A stretch of DNA of 63,626 bases, the filler included, from Candidatus Nanoarchaeia archaeon (GTDB lineage: Archaea > Nanobdellota > Nanobdellia > Woesearchaeales > DATDTY01): the NCBI GenBank assembly GCA_035290625.1. It is 5 parts of 5 records of this genome, joined end to end, with 100 filler letters (N's around TTAATTAATTAA, not from the genome) between each part and the next. Parts side by side here need not be neighbours in the genome. Positions count along the whole stretch, not along the records: positions 8,636 to 35,482 come from DATDTY010000022.1; 4 more parts are not named here. The stretch is one strand, 5' to 3'. Below the pieces are notes generated by a model. It was given only the letters and a program-made list of their open reading frames with translations, was not told the origin of the DNA and ran no database searches. Made by a program: the position numbers and the translations under genes. How positions within the stretch are numbered: position 1 is the stretch's first letter; each line of letters begins with the position of its first letter. This document shows positions 19,601 through 28,600 of the stretch, piece by piece.

Positions 19601-22600
19601 GTGAGGGTGATTCTAGGAGCTGGAGCACTGAGTTGTTCATTGCCATCAAACATTCTCAATGGCTCGGTTGAGGTGAAAGGGATTGTGAGTGTGCCTTGGG
19701 ATTGGGTTATTGCACCAAGCGTGATTCCTGGAGCTGTGAAGTCTGCGGAGATGGTGAATGGTCTTGTCGCTTGGTGGCTGGTTGAGTCGGTTGCTGTGAT
19801 GGTGAATTGGTTGTTTCCTGTAACGAGAGCAACATCTGCAAAGGAGAATTCGTAATCGTTGTCTGAGTTTGCTGCGGCTGATTGTGACCTCTCAGATAAT
19901 GCAACAGTAACGGGTCCTGTCTCTCCTTCAATCCTGCCTGAGATTATGATGAATTCCTCATTGGAATTCGCATGATTGCTGGCATCTAATTGAGGATTAC
20001 TGATGACTATTCTTGGGGGAAGCGTGTCAACTATGAATTGCTGCGTTGCTGTTCCTTGAGTTCCGGTGTCTATTCTTGCTGCTCTGACTGTAAGGGTGCA
20101 TGAGCCTTGGGGAAGGTTAGTGAGAGGTATTGTGTAGATTGTTTGGCTCTCAGGAGGCAGGGGGTTGGCGGTTATGGCTGGTGATTGCGATCCACAAGTG
20201 AGTGTTGGGGTTACGTCCCTTACAGATGTACTGAAGGTTGCTGTGACTGTTGTTGAGGATGCTGCTGCGGTTGTTGTGATGTATTTTGTGCCTGCAACAT
20301 CATTCGGAACAGGAGCAAACGCAAAGGTGGCTGTTGGAGCAACTGAGTCAATGGTGAATCCTAAACTTGCTTGAGCTGCTGCGTTTCCTACTCTATCCCG
20401 CGCGTTTATGGTGAGAGTATGAACAGCATTAGACCATGGTGTTTGCGGAGAGATAGTTATTGAGGTTGGATTATTTTGGTTATTGGGTGTGAAGGGGATG
20501 TTTGTGGTTCCCTCTTTTACTTGTATTGAAGCCGGATCTATTCCAGAAGGATCATTCAAGGTTATTGTGAACTGCTGTATGTTGCTTCCGAAGGTTGGGT
20601 TATCTGCATATGCTTCTGGAATCGTTATGGTTGGAGGAGTTGCATCTCTTCTTATTGTAAGCGACCTTGGTGTTGGATTGCCCGCAGTGTCGGTTGCGGT
20701 AATTTGGAGTGTTTGCGCAACGCCTTCTGGAGCATTGGTGAAGAGTGCTATTGGGACGCTAAAGTCTGTTTTGAGATTGCGGATAGTGAATGTTTTGGTA
20801 TCAAGAAGAGCGTCTTCAACACCAACATAGGCTGTGGTGATGGTGATTTGGGCTCCGATAGTTCCTGGAAGCGTGATCCGCTGTTCGGCGTTAGTTGCGA
20901 GGGTAAATGTTTGCGGTGTTGCTAGGCCAGTTACAGTAACTTGGTAGGATAAGGTATCTGTGTTTTTGAGGGTTATTACTGAGCCGATTGGGATTTGGGT
21001 TGGGATTGCGGTTAAGCCATTTCCCGGAGCTAATTGCCCCCTTGCATCGATTTCAAGCGGATAAGCAAAGATATCGCCAATTTGTTGCTGCGTGGAACTT
21101 TGCTCTGCCCCAGAGAATATCGATCTTACTCTGATGGTTGCTCCCGACTCTGAAGTGCCTTTGACAGTGACAGAATTTTCTTTGGTTACCCAGTTCGGGA
21201 CTGCTGCGGTTCCGATGTTCACTGCGCCTTCGATATTTGTTATCTGGAGGGAAGGCTGAGTGTTATCAGTAGTGATTATGATGTCAGCATCTCTGGAGTT
21301 GCCTGCCTTGTCTGATGCAGTGATTTTGATTGTATGTGGGGTGTTTGCAGAAAGGCTAATCTGCTTGGAGTAAGGACATTCGATTACCAGAGGTGCAGTT
21401 GTCCTCATTCCACATTCAATGGTAGTCCTCGTCAGAGCCGCATACGATGTTTGCCCTGAGGTCAAGGAGATCGAATTGAAGAAATTGTCTCTAGCCCAGC
21501 CGCTGATTGTTGGCTGCCTGCTTCTTGTCAGCCAGGAAGTTTGCTGTGCTTCATCTGGCCGCGTGCCTGGCACAAGGTTAGTGATTCCTGGTGCTGGAAG
21601 CCTTGGCGGATTTGTATCAACAGCAAGGTGGAAAGGGTAGATTCCTTCCGGGAGATCAGCAGGAGCGATCCCTGAGATTTCCTTCTTTGCCTTGATTGTG
21701 ATGGTGTAGTCGTTTTCGCTTGGGGCATTCAAAGGTGAGGCTGATATTTCTTGCAGATGGATGAATTGGACACCAGATACTGGTTGCCCATTCTGACCCC
21801 TGATGAGTCTTGAATCATCTTGGGTAAGGTGGTTGTTTTCTGGGAGAGTGATGCCTGTTACAGAAGCACCTTGCTCAAAGCTTGCTTTGATATAAGCGTT
21901 TTTCTGGTTAAGATACCAGAGATTTGAGTTGCCATTCCTGGCAGGAGATTCTGCGTTTGCCAAAAGTGTAAGCTGATCCCAAGTATTTGCTGTTGCTTGG
22001 GTATGCTGCTTAAAGACAAATATTTCTGGCTGGTTTGGAACTCTGGTGTCAATGGTGAAAGTCCATGATGCTGTGTTGGAGTTTCCTGATTGGTCGTAGA
22101 CAGTTACCTGTACAGTAACATCAAATCTGTAGTAGGTTAAGCTGCCTTGGGTTTGTGGTTCTGCGCCAACCAAATCCTTTAACTCTGTGATTGGGGTGAA
22201 GACGAGTCTTTTTTCTCCACTCAGCAAGGTTTCTATGGTAAACTGGGTTGAAGAGAGGGGATTGCCATTTATCGCCAGGCTGGTTCTTGATGTATCAATG
22301 CCTCGGGCATCTGAGAAGGTGATTCCAATTGTTGGCTTCTGATTTCCGATGATTGAGCCTGGGGCAGGAGTTCTTGTGGCGTCAGTAAATTCAGGCGGGC
22401 GTGTGTCAACGATGAAACCAGAGGGTGTAAATTCATAGCTCCTGAAGTTTCCTGCAAGGTCGCTGCCTTCCAATTTTCCTTGGACTGGATCCTTGAGGTT
22501 AGTTGGCAAGTTAAAGGTAATCTGGAATCTTTTTATATCAGTATTTTCTTGCTCAATCGGCCGAGTAGTGACTTGGAGTGGTATGTAGTCGTTGTTTCTA

Positions 22601-25600
22601 TCTTTAAGGAAAAGCTGTAATGAACTTTGGACTGTGTCTATGCTTGTGTCAAAGATTATTGTTACTGGTGTTGCAAGGCTTGTGATGGTAGTTGGCGATA
22701 TGCTCTGCCATGTGAATGTTGGCGGTGCTGTGTCGATCCAGAATTGTGCTCCAGAAATGATTTGGGTTCCTGCGTTGCCTGCGGTGTCGGTGGCGGAGAT
22801 GGTGAAAGTTGCGGCCTCCTGGTTATAGGAAGGTGTTGCCGGAATTGTAAAAGTGCCTTGCCAGTTAATGCTGCTTGCGATTGGGTTTATCGAGGAGAGA
22901 GAAAGAATAGTGCCTCCTATGGTATAAGAAAATGCTGTTGGCCGCTGGATTGTTTTACTTGGGATGATATGCACAGTATACGATGGCCCTGACCTCAAAA
23001 GAGGCTTGCCTTGTAATTGAGGCTGATTTCCTTGGATTTGTATGCCGAAGGTTGGGGCAACAGTGTTCCTAATAAGAGTAAACTCTCCTCTTTGCTCTTC
23101 TGCGGGTGGTTGGGTTGCCCGGCAAGCAATACATACTTTTTGTTCTCCGTCGATGCTTAAAGTTACAATGGCGGGACCGTGCTCAAGGTTATTGGAGGAA
23201 GATATTTGGTTACCTGCGTTAAATTGTGCATAAACTGCCGGAGACACGGTGCAGGTATTCAGATTATATCTGCATGATGCTTGTTTGTTTGTGTCCACGT
23301 GGACTGTAGGAGTTGCTGAAGGAGCGGTCATATCTGCTCGGCCAGTGATTGTTAATGGTCCTGTCTGGTAGGTTACTGTCCTCTGCTGGCGATCGCTTGC
23401 TCTTGTATTTAACCCAACGCACCAAATCTCAAAGGCGTTTGGACCTTCAGCGAGGTTACTGATTGTTGTGGTATGCTGTCTTCCGTTTGGACTATCCAGT
23501 GTTATTTTTTCAGAATCTTCTTGGTTTCGGCGTTTGTAGTAGCAATAGCTTGGCAGATTTGAGGTCGTTACAGTAGCTGTTACTGAATTTGTGTTCACTA
23601 CGCCGGGCAGGGTAATTACGATTGTAGGAGCTTCACGTATCAGAACAATTGTTAGATCTGTTGTTTCTTGGTTGCCAGACGAATCAGTGCACGTAATGTG
23701 GACTGGGTATGTTCCATCCTCATCAGGAAGCGTGGTTCCTCGACTTGGATGGTAGGTGAATTGGCGCTGATTAGTTGCGGATTGATCCATGGGGTATTCA
23801 ACAGTGTCATCATCCCAACGGTATGTACAGGATTGTGTATCTTCATTGGTGCCGATAACAATGGGCGTATTTGGATCATCTGTGTAGATTATGTTGTCGT
23901 CGACCGGGTCACGATCTCCAGTCCAGGTAGCTATCGGTCCTCTTGTGTCTCTGACGATGACCAGAGTGGTTGGTCCTGTATTTCCGAAGGTGTCTGTTGC
24001 GGTGAGGGCAAAGGTATATGCCGTGCCGTGGTTGTGGTTTGAATTAGGTGTCGTGGATGATATAGGAATGCTGATGCTAAAGCTCTTTGGATTAGTTGCA
24101 AGAATTGTTGCAGAGATTTGGGAACCCTCAGATACGACTGTTAGTGAGCGCAGATCCTGGGCTGAAGTTCCCGCAACACGGATTGTAAAGGATGGATTGT
24201 TATTTGTTTTGTAAGTAAGGGGGGTATCTAAGATCCTAGTAATCCCTACATCATCTGTCCTTGTTACAGAAGTGATTGTAAGAGGCACTGCTTGTGCATT
24301 ATAGGCATAGACAATGGTTTGTTGTCTTGTCCTTCCTGCCTTGTCTTTTAGGACGACGCTGACGGTTTTATCTCCTGGCGTGTCTCCATCTCCTGTTAGC
24401 GCAATGGCTTCAGTTAGTGAGCGGAGACCATTAGTTACAGACGGTGTTGTTAACTGAGTCTCGTATTTCCTGATTTCTTGCTCAACATCCCCATTTATCT
24501 TCATCCTGAAAAGGTTAGCGTCGTTGTAGCTGAGAGCAAGATTATTGCCTGCCAGATGATTCGTCGGCTGCGGATTAGGAGTTGTGATTTCAAGTGTTGG
24601 ATTGGTAAGGTCGACTTTGAAGGGAAGGTCAACTTGTTTTGTAACAGGAGCGCCGTCCTTCTGGACTGTTGCTGTGACGCGAAGAGTGTATTCTTTTTCC
24701 GCAAGGGCGAGACCTGGGAAGACATCTGGAGTGAAGCAGATTGGGAACCCAAGATTTGGATTGTTGAGGATGTTGTTTGCAGCAACAGGGTTTCTGCATG
24801 GCTCAACATGGACGGTAAAGGTGGCTGGTTCACTCCAGTGGATAGGAGTTGCTGCAGGAGCAGCCAATGGTGTGTCTCTGACTGCAAACCTGATTTCATA
24901 GGTTCCTGGCTGTAAGAAGCGGAGCCTTGGAACTTGTTCAAAGAAGGATGAGGCTGTGGTGGTAGTTAGGGGAGTAGGATGCACGTTTTCCACAATCCCG
25001 TCTTCAACTCGATGGTTGCCTTCAAAGACATCGACTCTTTTGCCGGCTACAGAGGCAGCAGGGTAGCCATGGCCCCTGATTTCAAGGCTATCCCCAACAT
25101 TAAGCGTGACTGTTGATCCTACAAGAGGATTGTCGAGAAGGGCTGTGAGAGTGTTTGGACTTAGAACCCGGCCTGCAGAACCGTCTATTCTGGAGACTGG
25201 GTTGCTTAGAGTAGCTCGCCCGCTGCCAGAAGTGACTGGATATTCGGTTTCTACTCGGTCAGTTGTCTCTACAACTGCAAGAGAATTAATACTAAGACCT
25301 TGGATGTCTCCATCAAAGGAGAGGATGAAGGTTGGTGTTGCAGTTTGTGTGTAGACATGATTATTAGGGGCAGTACCCAGACCTGCATTTGTGTTTACCC
25401 TGTCCATTGAGAATCCTGGGTCAAAGAAGAGATTTGGCTGAACCAGTGCATCCACACGCGCAATTACTAGTGTTTGCTCAACCCGCTTCCCTGAGCGGTC
25501 AGTTGCAATAACGGTAATCGGGTATTGCTTAAGTTCGTTGGTATCAGCTGAATATGTCAAGGTGATTGTTCTTTTTGCTGGATCTGCTTGATACGCGACA

Positions 25601-28600
25601 TTGCTGTTGGATTCGCCGACTGTTTTTGTGCTTCCGTCAAAAGTAAAGATTATATCCTCTGCTTTGACTCCTGCAAGATTATCGGTGATTGAGATTACTA
25701 TGGTTGTTGTGCCGTCAGAAGTAAAGCCGCCTGTTGGACGAGCTAAGGTGATGATAGGAGAGGTAGTGTCATAGACGATCTTAAAGGGGGTTCCAGCAGA
25801 ATACAAAGAAAATCCTCCTTCGACATTGCCAGCAATTGCTCTTGCACCCACACGATATGTCCCTTCTGCAGCCAAGGTGAAAGGCTTTCCAAACCAGCCT
25901 TGGGGATATTGGCGAGTATAGATCCTTGCATTTGCTAGATTTTCTGATTCAAATGGTTCTGCAACAGTGATGTCACATAATCGCGTTCTTAGTGTTTGGT
26001 CATCAATACAGTTGCTAACAGTGCTAATCTGGTAAAATCCTCTTGTTGTTCTTTCGTGACCAGTAAACTGCAGGGATCCTTGTCTAACGGCAGCAAGATC
26101 CATTCCTATTGTATCAAGACGTATTGTCCTGTCATCTATTCGTCTGTTGACGGCGCGGTCAGTTCCTATCGGCTGCGGAGAGGGGCGGGATATATCTCTT
26201 TCTTCTTGTAAGAGAGTTTCTCCTGTACTGTCATAAATCTGGATCAACACGGGAACGTTTTCTGCCCTATTTGCAGTATGCCCTGCTATAAAGACGTTGT
26301 TGCTATTTGTGTAAGTCACTTCTTCGCTTGGTAAGTCGATAGACGGAGTATCTCCTCCTACAGTGCTTATTGTAAATGTTTCGCCGCTAGTAATAGTAGT
26401 TCCTGCTTGGCCGTTAAGGTCTCTTCCTTCAATGGTAAAGGTAGCTTGGGTATCACGGAGGTTTTGGTAGACTGGATCGTCTCTTGATACTGTAAAGGAT
26501 CCTTCCCAGAGATTGTGTTGTGAGGCGCTATCAGCAACCTGAGTTATATCCGATATTGAGACTGCTCGAGTTTGTTGGTTTTGATCAGAGAAGCTAAATG
26601 AAAGCTCTGGAGCCTCTTGTAATTGCTCTGTTGGTGTAATTGTGACTCCGAATGTGCCGCGGTCAACTGTTCCAACTGGAGAGTCTCCATCGTAGATTTG
26701 GATACTGAAGGTTGGTTCATGATTATCCTGCACCTCAATCTTCTTCGCTTGGACTGCCTTGTTGCCGAACTGGTCTTCAGAGATGACTTTGACCATGTAG
26801 AAGCCTGCGAGGAGGGTTTGGGGGAGAGGTGCTGTCCAAGGATTGCTATCGCCCTGATGAGTGAGTTGTAAGACTGGCAACGCACCTCGGCAACTAATTT
26901 CCAGGTTTGGATTGTTTTCTATTGTAACTTGGTCATCGTCAGGGATACATGGAAGTTGAGGAACATAGCCAGCTAGATAACGGCTGATAAGGAGGGAATC
27001 AAAATCGTTTATTGCTTCGTCTTGGTTCACGTCTGCTTGAGTTCTTTGATCTGCAGATAACTCGCGTCGTCCTCCAAGATACTGGGTTATAAACAACGAA
27101 TCTCCTACATCTATTCCGCCATTATTGTTCACGTCACCAACAACTGGATGGACCACTGCAGTTACGCCTGCTATCTCGTTTGACCATTCAGGATCTGTTG
27201 TTGTGACTGAGACTGTGGATGGTGCTGCGTATTCTAAGAAGGCAACTGTTGCGTCAGCTACCGTGATATCTACTGGCGAATTGGCGTTGTTTAGGACTTC
27301 GAATGCTGAGATTGTTGGAGGAGTGTGGTCGTTGTAGATGGTTATTGTCTGTTGAGCGCTGTTGCCTGCTGCATCTTCTACCAAGATGGTGATTGTATTG
27401 GTTCCATGGATAAGAGGGATTGTTTTGGTGAACCCGGTATTGGTAAATTCGTCTCGGCTCAAGATGCTGTTTTGAGTGCCTTGTTGCGACCTAACGATTA
27501 TTACTGAGCTTATGTCGCTTGAATCTTCAAAGGCTGCTGACAGGGTTATGCTATCCTGCTTGACGGTTCTGGCATTGGCTGCTGGCGCTGTGATTGTAAT
27601 AGTTGGGCCTTCATTGTCAAGGTTAAGGACGATTGATTTGGTTTGTTCGGTGTGTGGGTAAGTACCGTCAGATTGCAGGTTGTCTCGCGAAGCATAGTAG
27701 AGGGTGTAGGCTCCGTCGCCTGATTGCAGTTCAAGAATATTGATTGGGGTTACAATAAGGCTGCTTTCGCCTGGCGGAAGAATATTCCAGGATGCTAACT
27801 GGCATGTTTGACCTGAGTTGGCAATGCAATATGCAATTGCATCACAACCGTAGTTATGAGCGTCTCCGTCATTACAGGTCAGGAGGAGATTGAGATTGTG
27901 ATACGATTGTGCTGTCAAGTCTTCTGGAGTGTTTACTCCTGTATATTGTTGGACTGCGGTGGTTGGCGGAGAAGTATCTAAGGTGAAGGTAAGCCGGTCT
28001 GAGTCAACGAGGATATCAGTACCCTCATAACAATTAATGCTGATTTGGTTTGGCCCTTCTGTTGCCTCGATAAGGGGCAGAGGGTAGGAGTAATGGAGAT
28101 CCGTTCGAACAAATGGCCTTGATCGGATGCTGCCATATGAAAAGAAGCAATTGTACGGGTCTGAGGTATCAAAGCTGAGCTCAACCGGATCGCTTTGCTC
28201 GTTGAAGAGATGGTAGTTTGCAGGCTGCTCATTTTCAATAATCCTTACTCTGTCGATCTCAATGGTTTCTACTGCTGCGTTTTGATTGCCATACTCATCA
28301 GTGCAGGTTGCAGTTACTTCATAGGTTGCGTCTTGGATGCGGGGTATCGTGAAAGCGCGTTGTTGACCGGCGTTTAGATCAATAGAGTCCTGGGTTGTTT
28401 GTGGATTAGTATCAACGAGGTAACTGCATGTTGATGCTTCATCAACTCTTAAAGAAATGCTTAAGTCTGAGGTTACGGCAGAACTTGGATTATTTCCTGA
28501 GGTTAAAGCCAAGGTTATTTCAGGCCCTTGGATATCAACATAGACTGGCTTTGTTTTGATTAATTCTGTATTTAGGAATTCGTCAATTGTGAAGTAGTAG